Below are positions 46,401 through 59,627 of a stretch of 64,000 nt of DNA, in pieces (within the stretch, counting starts at the first letter, position 1; each line of letters starts with the position of its first letter). Source of the DNA: Guillardia theta CCMP2712 (Eukaryota; Protista; Cryptophyta); NCBI RefSeq assembly GCF_000315625.1, contig NW_005434512.1, positions 1 through 64,000 of the forward strand. Reading direction: 5' to 3'. Under the pieces are notes generated by a model that worked only from the letters and a program-made list of their open reading frames with translations, did not search any database and was not told the DNA's origin. A program made the translations under genes and the position numbers.

Positions 46401-48933
46401 CCCTCCGAGGGCGTCTACAAGACCATCGCGCGAGCGTGTGGGGGCAGCGGGTACCCCTGGACGTCGTTGATGTGGCATACTGTAAACTATGAGGAGAAGT
46501 GGGGGGAAGGGGAGGGCGAGCAGAAGCTCTTCTTCAGCAGGCACCTCAAGAGCAAGCGACAGCTCCGCGTCCTAGTCTCTTGGCGCTCCAGTCACGTCCT
46601 GCTGGACTCGCACGTGTACACCAGCGCGAGTGACCACGTGAACTGGGCGAACTCTGGGGTGAACGTGAACGGGATTATGATAGAGAACGACTCGATGCGA
46701 GCCAACGGGCCTGAAGTGACTCTGATCCGAGTCAAGAGCCACCACTCTTACCTCTTCTCCCTCTCCTGGGCCACTGACATCCCTGGTTACCAGCAGCAGC
46801 CCAGCTGGTCTCTAGCAGCGCCCAAAGTTTCCTTGTACGATACCAACGGTCTGTTTGCGGCGTTTGTTCTGCCGGAAGCGTCGGAGGAGGAGGACGGGCA
46901 CTGCTGGTGGCATGTGTTCGCCATCAACGGCAACGAGTGGGACAGACCCTCCCACGGCCTCACGCGACTGAACGCGCTCTCGCCGGAGGAGATGCCTCAG
47001 GTGACGTCGCGGTTGGCATGAGAATGGGGGAGCATGACTGACTCTTGTTGCTCTCAGCTCGCGGTTCCTGCCTTCAACATCGTGGAGCATGCGGAGGAAG
47101 CTTGTTGGAGGCTCTTCATCCAGGACGTCAACCACATGCTGCTGGGCAAGCCCTTCGACTTCCCCGTCCTCAAGCCCAGGGAGCCTGCGGACGTCTCTTC
47201 CATCCGAGGATGCACGCTGCTAGGCCTGCTGTGCTCCCACAACGAGGGCCGAGAGTCCTCCCGTCGAACCTCTTGGTACGATGACGAAGCAACGGTGGAC
47301 GATCACCTCGCAGCTCTACGAGTACGTGCCTTGTGCCCTTGCCTTGTCTTGCCTTGTCTTGTCTTGTCTTGTCTTGTCTTGTCTTGCCTTGCCTTGCCTT
47401 GTCTTGTCTTGTCTTGTCTTGTCTTGCCTTGTCTTGTCTTGCCTTGCCTTGCCTTGTCTTGTCTTGTCTTGTCTTGCCTTGTCTTGTCTTGTCTTGTCTT
47501 GCCTTGTCTTGTCTTGCTCAAGGCGTCTGCAGACGTTCATCAAGTGGACCACGGAGGAGCGACGCGACAAGGTAGCTGGAGGGTCAGCATGGCGAGCAGC
47601 CTGACAAGCGAGCAGACCTCATCGGAGCTTGACGGGCTGCCGTCGGAGGCAGTCTTCTCCAGGGAGTGTAGGATCCTGGGCGTCACAGACTGCTTCATCT
47701 TCCGAGCTGTTTCCACCTGCACTCCAGCTGTGGCTGTCGAAGTTCTCAGCATCCTCGGAAACGTGGTCAAGCGACCGAACGGGTGCGGCCTGAAAGAGCT
47801 GGGAAGGCGGTGACGTCATCGTGCAGGGCCTTCTACCGCACCTTCTTGAGCGAACATGGCGAGCTCCTCCTCGATCACTGCATCAGGTTCCGGCCTCCAC
47901 AGACCATGCTCAAGGTGGGAATAGGAGGTGGCAGTGGTGTAGAATGAGGAGGAGGAGGAGGAGGAGGAGGAGGAGGAGGAAGGGCATGTTGCAGCTGCTG
48001 ATACCTACGGCAGATCTTGCAAGCACTGCAATCCATCGAAGCGATTGTGGAGCGAAGGAGCAGCAAGAGGGTGATGAGGAGAGACGTTGTCTCTGTGGAG
48101 TGGCCTCCCTCCTCCTCCCGCTGGTGCTCGGCTACAGTCTACCGCGTCCACAAGGACTCGTGCCAGGTGCTCGCCCCTCGGATCTGACTTGCCCAGTAAG
48201 TCCGTGGCAGGTGCTGCTGATGGATGCGGAGGGGAGGAGGAGCTCGGCGACTCAGAGCGGCTCGCTGGAGGAGGTCGGGCAGGAGCTCGTGCATGACGAC
48301 CTGGTCGCTGCCGAGGTTTGCCCCCTCTTGCTCTCCCTTTGCTCCCTCTTGCTCTCCCTTTGCTCCCTCTTGCTCTCCCTTTGCCCCCTCTTGCTCTCCC
48401 TTTGCCCCCTCTTGCTCTCCCTTTGCCCCCTCTTGCTCTCCCTTTGCTCCCTCTTGCTCTCCCTTTGCTCCCTCTTGCTCTCCCTTTGCTCCCTCTTGCT
48501 CTCCCTTTGCCCCCTCTTGCTCTCCCTTTGCTCCCTCTTGCTCTCCCTTTGCTCCCTCTTGCTCTCCCTTTGCTCCCTCTTGCTCTCCCTTTGCTCCCTC
48601 TTGCTCTCCCTTTGCCCCCTCTTGCTCTCCCTTTGCCCCCTCTTGCTCTCCCTTTCCCTTCACTGACCAGCCCCCAGCTCGTCTCTGTTTCTCTCAGCCG
48701 CATACGCTGGATCAGCCCGGCGCTCATCCGGGCCAAGACTCTACAGCACAAGTTCGTCCTGCCCTCCTCGCATGCTTCTCATGCTTGACCGGCCTCGCAG
48801 GTTCTCGCAGAAGGTGAAGGGGATGGACATGTCGCACAGCACAGGCTTCCTACGCGAGCACAAGCAGACCATCAAAGCAGAAACTTGCTACAAGAAGGCC
48901 GTCGCCCTCCTCTCGGAGTCAAGCTCCGGCTAG
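43421..48933 (+). CDS. Large multidomain protein: EF-hand-like N-terminus, TPR-like and Tudor-like segments, YfaP/DUF2135-like domain, helical C-terminus
   Basis: ORFs 43421-~44520 and 44682-47000. WRSGTVTGWNGRASKYKVQYADD is Tudor-like; FFNALSNEPLPDASIEF is a carboxypeptidase-regulatory-like start; QLRVLVSW...LDSHVYT...HVNW.N...IENDSMRANGPEVTLI is YfaP-like. Confidence 0.65.
44225..44681. repeat. Degenerate ~24-bp purine-rich tandem repeat (GAAGAAGGAGGGGTACAGAAGAAG)
   Basis: Translates as EEGGVQKK units, with frame slips near 44529 and 44618. Confidence 0.9.
47335..47516. repeat. (CTTGT/CTTGC)n pentamer microsatellite, intronic
   Basis: Direct reading. Confidence 0.95.
48318..48655. repeat. 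21-bp minisatellite (TTGCYCCCTCTTGCTCTCCCT), ~16 copies, intronic
   Basis: Direct reading; begins right after a GAG|GT donor. Confidence 0.95.
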
Positions 48934-49025
48934 GAGGGGAGCCGGTGATGGGGTAGAAGGGGAGAGACTGGAGACTTGTAAAGACCTTGATGGGATACAC
49001 AAAGAGACGAAAGACTAGTCGGGGT

Positions 49026-50987
49026 TCACACCTTCACCCCGAGAGTCTCTAGCTTCGTAGGAGGAGTCGGCTGAGTCGGCTGAGTCGGAAAGTTCTGCAG
49101 AGATTGTCAGAAGCTGGTGGTGCAGGGGAAGGGCGAGAAACGGAGAGGGAAGGGCAAGGGCAACACGAGGATGAGCGAGAGAGAACATGAAGGAGGAAGG
49201 ATGCGGGAGAGGGACCTGTCCATGGATGATGTTGCCTTGAGCATCGATCATGTTCTCTCCTGACCAGCCACTACATTGCAAACGTCAGCTACGTAGCGAG
49301 CAAACGCCGCGACAGACCGAGAAGGCGTCGCTGCATCGGTGAACGGCTCTCCTGTCCGCTGGATGTCGGAGCGAAACGTCAGCCCCTTGTCCACAAGATC
49401 CTGTGGCTCGGTGGCCACATCACCAAGCCCCCACACGTTCTGCATGTACTAACACTGTTAGTGGAGAAAGGGGAGCGAAGGTAGAGAAGAAGGCAGGAAG
49501 GACGAAGATGAAGAAGGAAGGCAGGGGGAAAGCAAAAGACGAGGGAAGGGAAGTCAAGGCAAGACCTTCTCGTAAGTTTCCTTGTTCTTGTTGTGGTGGT
49601 AGGCGAGTGTTCCGGAGTCTCCGAAAAGCAGCTTGAGGTTCTTGGTTGAGTTCGCCTCCCAGTCAGCAAAGTGATCATGATCTGGCGTGCGCAGCTCGTC
49701 ATGCTGTGCCTCGATTTGCTTGGCATACTCCTGCTGGGGAACGAAGTTGTCACCCAAGAGCTGCGCGTCTTTGCTGGAGTTCCAGAAGCGACCCAGCAGG
49801 AGCTCTTTGTTCTCCTTGCCATCGGGATCCCACCCCTGCGACTTCATCGCGTGATTCTGGTAAGCCCACGGCGAGTCCGGCATGGACCCGTAGTCCCACT
49901 TCTTCGCTTCTGCTGGCTGCGCGTGGTCCTTGCCGTCTCTTCCCCACTGGTGCTTCGTGGATCCCTCGTTCATGTAGGCAATGGAGTTGACATTCACTCC
50001 TCGGCTAGCGAGCGGCGAGTCGTTGTCTTGATGCTTCCCGGCTGAGAAAGGTGTCGCCTCGAACGCAGGCAGCGTTCCGTTCATCCCCTGCACAGTCTCG
50101 AGCCCCTCCATGTCATCAGCCTTGTGCTCCTCGGCGTTCCAGGGGGCAGGGAAGTTGGAAGGGTTCAGCACGGAGTCCTTCCATCGTACGAAGTTGTCGG
50201 TGAAGTCGCGAGTCATCTCCCTGCTAATCGAATCTGACACCTTCTGCCCCGTGGTCGCCGACTTGGGGAGGTCACGGAGGGGAGCGAGCGAGGGGTCCAG
50301 AGGCGTGCGGACGGTGGGGCCCAAGGGAACTCCGATGCCGTTGCCCATGACAACCATCGTATGGTTCGCTGCCTCCCAATCCTTCACGTCCTCTGGGACA
50401 TACCGCACCCGACAGTCCGTGCCAACACATGCCTTGACGTGCTTACCCGCCAGTTTGACTTGCTTCACGCTGCTAAAGGGTTTGCGCTTTGACAACTTCA
50501 CTTGAGCAGGAGATTCAGCAGACGGAGAGGTGAGGCTGGAGTCAGGAGACAAGCTCTTGAACGATCTAGAATAATCCCCTGCTTTGATCGATTCCTTCAT
50601 GGCAAAGATTCTAGCTTTCCGTGCCTCCATCTCTTCTCTCAGAACTTTGTTCTTCAACTTCTCATTTTCCAGCAGAAGTTTCGCGTTCTGAATCTGAATC
50701 ACGCGATTCCTCTTCGCCTCCTCTGCAAGCCTCTTGGCCTTCCTTTCGCTCAAGACGTACCTCTCCTCTGCTTTCTCCTCTTGTTCCAGCAGTCGGTCCT
50801 CCTTCTGGAGCTCTTGGTTCTTCTGCTTCATGAGAGTAGCCTGCTGTCTGATGTAGGCCACCGTCACATCCTTGAGAATCGTAGTTTCCTTGTTCCGCAG
50901 GAGAATGAAGCAAGTGCATACCAGAGCGATCATCAGGGCAAGAGATGCGAACGCCCATCTTCGTGGCATGTTGAAGGTGGACGACAT
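49026..50987 (-). CDS. Hypothetical type II membrane/secreted protein with coiled coil
   Basis: 477-aa first ORF with N-terminal TM (WAFASLALMIALVCTCFILL) and coiled coil, then three short exons ending ...LETLGVKV*. Confidence 0.7.
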
Positions 50988-51427
50988 GCTGGCTAGAGCT
51001 GAGATTTCCTCTTCCTCTTCCTCTTCCTCTTCCTGTTCCTGTTCCTGTTCCTCTTCCTCTACTGCATGAGGCTGCCGCGAAGGGTCACGATCTCATACAG
51101 CACAAACCCTCCCCTGTGAAAAATAAACTTTCTTTCCAATATCTTTCCTCAAATTTGAATTTTCGCATAAATATTGAAATTGTTAAAATGTGATGAGGCG
51201 GACCCACTGGACAAGTACGAAGATGAACTGCAACTTCACAGTAACGTGAGATCTAAAGGATGAGATGAATGAGGCAGATGAAGAAGAGTATGGCAGAGAG
51301 ATCGCAGAGAGATGATGATTCTTTTCACTTCCATTTTCATTTTAAGAAGCTTTGCAATCTGAAAATTAGTTTGAGACTGAATATAAATACAACTTCACTT
51401 ATGTTCTGCAGCTGATGTGCTGTTTCC

Positions 51428-52638
51428 TTAGATCAGGAGCGATTACTCCTTCCCAACGCCCGCACACGCGGTCAGCATCGTAGCCATCGACTCCTTCCGC
51501 ATGCGCAGAGCTGCTTGTGCCTGTCGCTCAATCAGACGAGAAAGAGCAGAGGATAAGATTGGAACCACCTCTGTGACTTCCTGGAACATGGACTGGAACT
51601 TGGGCCTGATGCGGACAAAGTGAGTAGGTGAAGAGAACGAGAGAGAGTGGGGCGGGGAGAGGGAGAGGGAGAGGGAGAGGGAGAGGGAGACACCTGAGCT
51701 GATCGTTGTCTTGGTCCAGCGCTGCTAACATCTCTACCAGCCTCTTCTTCTCAGCATTCTTCACATCCATCCTAAGAAATCTTCACCTTGCACCACTCAC
51801 TTCACCTTCTCCTTCACCTGCTCTTTCTCGCAAGATCTTCCGGACTCAGCTCAGACACTGTGACACCACCACCAGCTTCCGGTTGCGACGCGATCATGCT
51901 CTGAAGTCGCGCAAGTTTGTCTTCGAGATCAGCTTGGAACACAATGACACCAAACTCCTCCTGCAGGAATCTGATCAAACAAGACTGCAAGACGGTAAGA
52001 GATGCACACCTCGGTATTGCTCCTTGTCATGGAGATAAGTTGATTGTAAAGTTCAAAGAGATAGTCGCGATGTTTGGTTGAACATTCTTCACCGAATTCC
52101 TCAAGAAACGTTTCGAAAGGAATCTCCTCGAACGTCTTATCTAGAACCTTCTTGAACGCCTGATGCGATTCAGTAACAAGCTCAGGCCTTGGCGTCCTAA
52201 CTCACCTCGTGAAGACGCCGTAATCGAATCCGCAAGTCTTGTGGCTGGCTTGGCATACCCACACTTCAACTGCACAGGGCATTTGAGCATAAAGCGACAA
52301 TGTCATAGACATTGTCTGTCATGGAAACGATGGCTTCTATTCTGATGTGGATACAAATGCTAACTCAAACATACATCTCTATGTGCGTGTACTGAAGATG
52401 AAATTTGACGAAAAAGAAAAGCTTTGGTTCTGATATCATTCTTCCTATAACCTCTACTTCACAATAGTTTTTGTGTCTGCTAGCTCAGATTGATGTGATT
52501 CATCTCGTGCATTCGACTAGCAACATCCAGGCTGCGTGTGTAGAAACATTTCAAACATCAAATGCAACGTATATTCAGCTGTCTCCGTCGTCTCGACACT
52601 ATCTTGATCTCCTGATCTTTCTCATCTTCCTCCTCCAT
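51428..52638 (-). CDS. Nnf1/PMF1-like kinetochore (Mis12 complex) protein, multi-exon; tentative
   Basis: Exons AFKKVLDKTFEEIPFETFLEEFGEEC / LQSTYLHD / EEFGVIVFQADLEDKLARL / VKNAEKKRLVEMLAALDQDNDQL follow the Nnf1 pattern as I recall it (F...EF..I.....l..kL..L followed by a coiled coil). Confidence 0.5.
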
Positions 52639-52924
52639 TTCTCGCAAAAATTCAATGCTCTGTCCCCTCGATCTTTCTCCCGCCCTGCATGCCTCTACCC
52701 ACCATCGTCATGTTTCTAGAACTCCTCTCAACACTGATCTTGTCCTGTTGAGTTGCTCAGTCATATCTCATGCAATGCTCATCTCACTTATCTCGTCTCA
52801 TTTCCTCATCACTCTTCACCTCTCTTCTTCTCTCACTTCCTTGCTCATATCGCTGGCTCTCGCTCTCTTCCACTTCCCTCCATTGAGCCCTTCAGCATTT
52901 CGCTGTTACGATTCAAATCTTCTT

Positions 52925-53180
52925 GTCACCCCACCCACCCCACCCTACCGACAGTGTATGATTGACATATCACCCCCCTTAAATCCACTATTTGTTACCA
53001 CAAAGTCCATGGGGGGGTTTGAAGAATTCTCTACCCCCACCCCCATTTTGTTTTCCGAAGGTAACCCTCTGTACCCCCGAAATCTTTCACCCTACCCATT
53101 CCTGGAAGTCAGTATCGACTGTGATGGAGGGGTCATGTGAGAGGGAATGTGACGACAAAGAGGGGTAGGGGTAGAGACGC
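52925..53180. promoter_or_regulatory. TACCC/GGGGTA-rich block between divergent genes
   Basis: CCCACCCACCCCACCCTACC, CTACCCCCACCCC, GTACCCCC and GGGGTAGGGGTAG. Confidence 0.5.
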
Positions 53181-53257
53181 TGTAGGGACGCTGAACTAAA
53201 CCTCTGAACAAAATGGCAGAATGGCGGGAATGGTGCGAGAAAAATCCAACCAAGAAT

Positions 53258-53330
53258 GCAGAGCAGAGCAGAGCAGAGCAGAGCAGAGCAGAGCAGAGCA
53301 GAGCAGAGCAGAGCAGAGCAGAGCAGAGCA
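53258..53330. repeat. (GCAGA)n pentamer microsatellite
   Basis: Direct reading. Confidence 0.95.
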
Positions 53331-53593
53331 GACAGCAGACAACAGCAGACAGCAGACACCAAGATCAATGGAAGAGTAGAAAGAAAGTGAAAGGGAAAAT
53401 AAACATAGAAATCGAGATCAAGCGAAGAGGAAGAGGTTGTCCCATAGGCAAAGGCGCTTTTCATGCAAAGGATGTATGGACAAGGATACAATGCCCTATT
53501 GAAGTTTCGAGGAGGAGATGGCGAGATGATTGTATGTAGCACCATCGTATGAATCGTTTTGATGATCTTTTTGTTGATTCATGCTCATAGGCC

Positions 53594-56500
53594 ATGGCAT
53601 GGAACGCCGGACCAGCCATGATTGCCGTCAACAAGGAAGGCTTGCAGGGCAGGTGTGGAGTAGGCGGCGGTGCGGCATGGAAGAGAGTTGCTGGCAAAGT
53701 AGACAGCCGCATGCATGCTCGAGGAAATTTATATGCGCAGCAAGACCTTGGGAAAGTGAGAGACGAGGAGCAAGAGCAGTACTTTGGCGACGGATGGGGC
53801 AAGGGACACGCGTGGCCTGAAGGGGGACAACACAGGAAAGAGAGTTTCCAGAGAAATGCAGGATGGATTTATGATGGAAGGAGTACCAAGGAGGAGGGAG
53901 GTGGTCACGGTGCTGCGGTGGAAGAACAACCCGCCGTCGGAGCACGAGCGATCCTGCAGGTGTTCCGCAGCATGCAAAAGATGCCTGGCGAGATCAGAGT
54001 GGGGCACACGTGAGGACTGAGAGGGTTCGCTACTGTGAGGTGACGGAGATGCTGTAGATTTACCATGGGAAGAGACAAGGGATGCAGCGTGCCGTTGGAC
54101 TGGGATGGAGTGTCGCGGCATCACCTCACGATTCAGGTCATTGGCCCGCAAAGAGGCTGCAGCTAGTCGTGCGAGTGACAAGTCGACAGGCGTTGGAGTC
54201 ACCAGACGAGGCAATCCGATGGTCTCTCAGTGAGGAGAGATACCTCACAGTAGTGATACATCCTTAGGTTCATTCTCTCCCATGGAACTAACGGCACCTT
54301 CGTGAACGGGAAGAAAATCGCAGATTCTTCCCAGTGGTTGTGTTGAATCCACACCCGATTGTCAGCTCTGACCTGTTTGTAACTTCAGTGCCCTGAAAGA
54401 CGGGGATGTAATTGGTCTTGGAAAGGGAAGGTGAACTCGAGCATCGCTGAACCTCAACAAGTAACCTCTCCTCACAGGATAGTCAAAGTTGATGGACGCA
54501 TCGAAGAGAAAGAATTACTCTATCAGGTAGCCGGTCGACCACAAAGAAGAATTCTTTCTCGATTGTTGAGAGCTGATCGTTCTTCTTTCAAATACCAGTT
54601 TGTTTTCCGCAACCCTTTTGAGAACAACTCATCCTACGTTCCACCGCAAAACGGCCGAGTATACACGACGCCAGGTATTCTCTCCTCTACTTTCACGATG
54701 CGTATCTGATTCATCTCATCAGCTTCATCTCAAGACGACGACAAGGGCGAGATCAACTTTCCTTGTAAATCTGCTGTCTTCCAGCCCTCCTGGTGAGAGA
54801 GGCTGTTGCATCCGTGCAGAACTTACCTGTAGCAGGTACAAGAATATAAAGACACCAGGCAGGAGTCTCAGGTTGCAAGATTACGAAATCGAGTCACCGC
54901 GTTGTTTACTTCCTTCCAGCAACTTGCGCCTTGAGCTGGACTACGTTTACAGCTTCTCAAGTGGTGGACGGTTGTTCTAGAGACCAGTATCCCCGGCAGT
55001 GACGATCCTCGCAGGGACCCCGCGGATGTTCGCAGCAACGTCAAGTACTTGATTGATGGGAGGATCGTTTACCCCGCCGGGTCCATGGGTGTCGTCTTCG
55101 ACCCCATCTCAAACACGCAGGTGAAGTCGCATGTGACATCACGTGGAGGGTGACACGGAGGTTTCAAGGAGTACTTCACAGACCATGACGGTTTCATCAA
55201 TGTCCTAGCGTTACATCCAAACAAGGTTGGAGGCAACGCCGCGCGAGCGGGTTTCTCAGCTCGATCCTCGGGGCTGACAAAGGATGCAGAGGATCGTAGC
55301 AACGGGAGGAGTCGCCACCTGGTCGAGAAGAACAGTGAGGTCGAATGCAGCGAAAAAGTCTCGTGACGGGATGAGCAGGCAGAAAATAAGCCCAGCGTCA
55401 GCATCTTCGTGTGGGACTCTTGTGGGCCAGGGGGTAAACCGACACGGATCAGCAAACCCTTCGCGAGGCAGCACGAGGCGTCGCTGCAGGTGCCTCACTG
55501 CTTCTTCATGGCCGACGCTCACCGCGTCTCCTTGCAACGCAGGCGATGTCGTTCTCGACGTCAGGAGAGAAGCTGGTGACGGTTGGAGGCGACTCGAAGA
55601 ACAAGTCTCGCGTCATCGTCTATGAGGTTATTGGTTGCCGTCAACTCTCGAGGGGCGTGTTGACGTGGGTTGGCTGTAGTGGGTGAAGGGGATCGTGCAA
55701 CCCGGCATTGTGTACGAGACGTCAGGTACCTGCTGGGCCCCGCCCGCTCCCTCTCATCGCCCTTGTCATAGAGATTGGCATCATCAAGACTGAGATGGGA
55801 CTTGCCATCATCCCGTCTGGCGGACAGGCAAGACTGATCCTCCTTGTCGTTATCCTGACCTACAACAGACCACATGGTTGCTTGAACACAATCCTTTTGT
55901 GCTGGAATCGAAGAAGAAGCTCTCAGATGATGTTATGTCTGCTCAAAGGAATGTGTGAGTTCCTTTCAATCAGAGCTGAACGCTCCTCTCATATCTTCCT
56001 CAGCTACTGGGACTCTCCTCCGATCTTCGATGAAGACGGCTTGCACTTTGCACAGGTACAGCTTGACTCTCCATTGTTGACCTAGAAAGTCACCCGAGAC
56101 TGTCAGACTGTCGATCGTCTGAGTAGAGTCTGGAACTACAAGAAGGTTGGCCCCTCTCGCCGTCGTTTAATCTGAACTCCAGCAGTTCCACAAAGACCCG
56201 ACCAAGTCGATGGTCACGATGGGAGGTACCAGGAGGGGTTTCCCTTGACTTCTAGCTGATGCTTGCGACAAGGCGTCATGACTCCCCAGCGCGCTTACTC
56301 GATCGCCTGGATTCCTCCGTCTTGGTTCCCTTCCAGTCAGGCTCCTCTCAAGGCTGTTCCTGCCATGGGGCTCCAACTCGGCGACATCTTCATGTTTGAC
56401 AAGGTGCCAGACACGTTCGCCTGCTGGAGTAGCTGAAGTGATGCTGGACAAGGTTGGCTCGGATTACACAGTGATTCACAAGATCGAGCAAGCTCACTCG

Positions 56501-59500
56501 GGCGAGGTCGTGAGGGCTGAGCTGGTTTAGCCAAGTCGACTGACGGGCGAGCAGATTCTTTGTCTCCGATTCATCGTCAAGGAGTCGACGGCAGCTGTGA
56601 AGATTCTGAGAGCTTTCTGAGCTCATTTGACCCAGTATGGCAGGAGATCGAGGAGAATGGAATCTTTCAATACCTGCTGAGGTCTGTCCTGCCCCTCTCC
56701 CTCCAGTCTCACACTTGCTGCCAGCGGAGGCCGCGACGGGAAGATCAGGGCGTGGGACGCGAAACTCTCATGGCGTGAGCCGGTAGGAAGCGGATGAGGC
56801 AGGGCCAGGGCTGAGATCTTTGATGGGACAGGTGATGGAGGTGGACCTGAGGGATGTGGTCGAAGATGGCCTCGAGAGCGTCGTAGCTGTTCGCTCGCTG
56901 GACTACAACCCGAGGTTGCAGAGTGTTACAGAAGTCTGAGAGTGTAAAAGAGTTTCAAGGACAAACAAGCTGATCGCTGCTACAAGTATGAACTCAATCT
57001 TCGAGATCGACCTCTCGGTCTTGCGGGTATCTCTTGCCTTCCTTTGCTCCACGTCTGCTCAGACATGGACTGGTAGGAGCGAGGATGGCAGTGGCCCTTC
57101 GACGCGTGCAAGAGGGTGATGAACTCTCACTTCGGAAGGTGAGGAGGAAGGAGATTGCTCCGCAGCTCACTGCTTGTTCAGTGTGGAGAGCATCGCCAGG
57201 TGGCCATCAGGTGACAAGGCAAGGCGCAAGTTTCATGCAGCCAGCACCTCGCGGGACGGGTTTGTGAGGATGTGGGACTGCGAGGCGAGGACGGAGAGGC
57301 TGAACAGATGTAAGACGAGAGAGGCTCGGCGATGCCTGACGGCTGCGACAGACATGGGCATGCCCGGGCTGTCCATCGACGTGTCAAGTGAGTGCCTTGA
57401 CGAGCCCGGGACCTCTGAGGCGCTTCAGGTGACGGGAGTCTGATCGCCGTCGGCCACCCGGGCGGTCAATTCACCGTGTGGGAAATCCATGAGGAGAGGT
57501 GAGAGCGAACCGCTTCTTCCTCCCCTTCGCCCTTCTCCTCAGTCTCCTCCTCCTCTGCTTCCTCTTGAATCGATACTTCCTCCCCTTCGCCCTCGTCCTC
57601 AGTCTCCTTCTCCTCAGTCTCCTTATCCTCTTCTTCCTCTGCTTCCTCTGCCCTAACAGCATGCGGGGCGGCTAGACTGCAGTGCATCTATCACAACCGG
57701 AGCCTTGAGATGGACTGCACGTGCTTGAAGGCAAGGGGCTCCCGCATTTGGGCTGCTACTGACGTCACTCCCACAGTTCTCGCCTGACTGTAAAATCCTT
57801 GCGGTGAAAGACTCGCGATAAGATTGAGAGGCTGAAAGGTGTCAGGTAATCTCCGGCAGAAGACAGATCCATACCTTCGACTGCATTCGATATTCTGTTC
57901 CTGCCCCTCAGGTGCCTCCCCCTCCTCCTCCTCGTCTGCTCTGACCTCTGGAAGGGTCAAGAGGAAGTGTACTTTGGAGATGGAAAGCTGAAGGAGCGGG
58001 AGAAGCAGCTGCGGGAGAAGAGACACGTGGAGTCGAAGAGTGTGTGGAAGAGGAACTGAGTTATCGCAGGTGTACATGCTCGCTCACAAGGGAAACGAGA
58101 ACAAGACGGCACCTAAGTCGACCTTCTCTTGCCCTTGTTGCATCTGCCACCTGATGCCTCCAACACAGAGCTGTGAAGTTCGTGGGGAGCAAGTTGAAGC
58201 CCGAGCCCTTTGCCGCCGGGCTGATCCGAAACCCTCCGACGGGTAGACGAGGGCGACAAGGAGGAGACACTGAGATGATTCAGATGGTATCGTGCACAAG
58301 ATTGGAGCGAAGCATGAAGCTCCACGTGCTGACGCGCTGAAGCGACAGCTGCCAGGTACCCTTGCTCCTCTCTGCTTCTCGTCTTCCGCCTTGAGCTTGT
58401 CGTCTCCCTCCTCTCCTTGCTCAGTATTCAAGCACCTCTGCTCCTCCGTCGGCAAGCACGCCACCACTATCACCAACATGGACTTCTCTGCTGATAGCAG
58501 ACTGCTTCGAACCAGCGACAACTCAGGTTCCCTTCCCCCTGTGACTTCCAGTCCTCCATCCTCTCGCAGGAGAACTTCTGTACTGGAACGTCGCAAACTT
58601 GACCAGCATCTCCCGTGCCGGCGACCTGCGGGACGTGCGATGGGCGAACTTTTCGTAGCTCCTCCTCTGCTCTCCTCCTTCAAACCTGACACGCTTGGCA
58701 GCGTCCCCTTCATGTGGGAGCTGAAGGGGATCTGGGAGGGGAGCAGCAAAGTGAGTTCTCCCTCCCCTCTGATCAGACTGACAAGCTCCCGCAGCCCAGT
58801 AACATCTCTGTGGTCGATGCTCAGCCACAGCTGGGGGTGGCGGCCGTGGCACTTGAGAACCACCAGGCTCGTTCGCCTCTCCTGCTGTCGCCCAGCTCAC
58901 CCGCCTGCTCCAGGTCGCTCTCTGCGGCTTTCCGTGTCGTGACAAGATGGAGGAGAGGCAGCGGTACGGAGGGCATGGCTCAGGTAGGCTGGACCAGCTC
59001 CTCCGCAGCTGAAAAACAGCTGGGCAGTGATCCTGGGAATGACCTTCACCAACGACAGCAAGTTCCTTCTGACTTGCGGGAGGTAACGAAGAGCGAATGC
59101 GCTGGCTGACTGTGACGCTGACCTCCGATAGTTTGGACAACTGCGTGCTGCAGTGGCGGGTGAAGGAGGGCAGGTCAGCCTCGACTCTTCTCATTGTCTT
59201 GTGCTCCTTGACATGACAGCAGAGAAGGGGAGGGGGGATCACACCCCTCACGTCGGGTAAGCTTGTCCTGCTTCCTTGTTCGGAGCCCCTTCAGTCCCCT
59301 GCCGCTCTCACCTCCTCTCCTTCCATCCATTGCCGTCGTTCGCTTTCTTTTCTCGTTTCCTCTCTTCGCCTTCTCTTAAAAATTTCTCCTCCCCTCCCCT
59401 CTCCCCTCTTCTGTCTTGCTCTCATCTCTTCTCTTCCGCTGTTTGTTCTTAGAACTCCAAGGCTGAGGGAGACGGACAGGTCAACGTTCGAGCTGGAGCC

Positions 59501-59535
59501 TCTTCTTTCCCCATCCTCACCAGGGCGGATGACTA
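53594..59535 (+). CDS. FHA-domain + HELP/WD40 (EML/EMAP-like) protein with many short exons; ends approximate
   Basis: FHA: FTMGRDKGCSVPLDWDGVSRHHLTI (~54059-54136), SHGTNGTFVNG, LKDGDVIGLG. HELP/WD40: LELDYVYSF...RSNVKYL..GRIVYPAG.MGVVFDP, YFTDHDGFINVLALHP, HATTITNMDFSADSRLLRT, WELKGIWEG, MTFTNDSKFLLTCG, VLQWRV. Confidence 0.85.
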
Positions 59536-59627
59536 GGAAAAGAGGGAGGGAAGGGGGATGTAGGAAACAAGAGTTCTAATGCTACATTTATGCTCATAGC
59601 TACGAGCCATCCTCTCCCCTCCTTCCT

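Noticed and set aside
48005-48817. Collagen-like GAKGEQE repeat ORF and overlapping repeat ORFs
   Set aside because: The 21-bp minisatellite lies between a GT donor and an AG acceptor of the + strand gene, so it is intronic.
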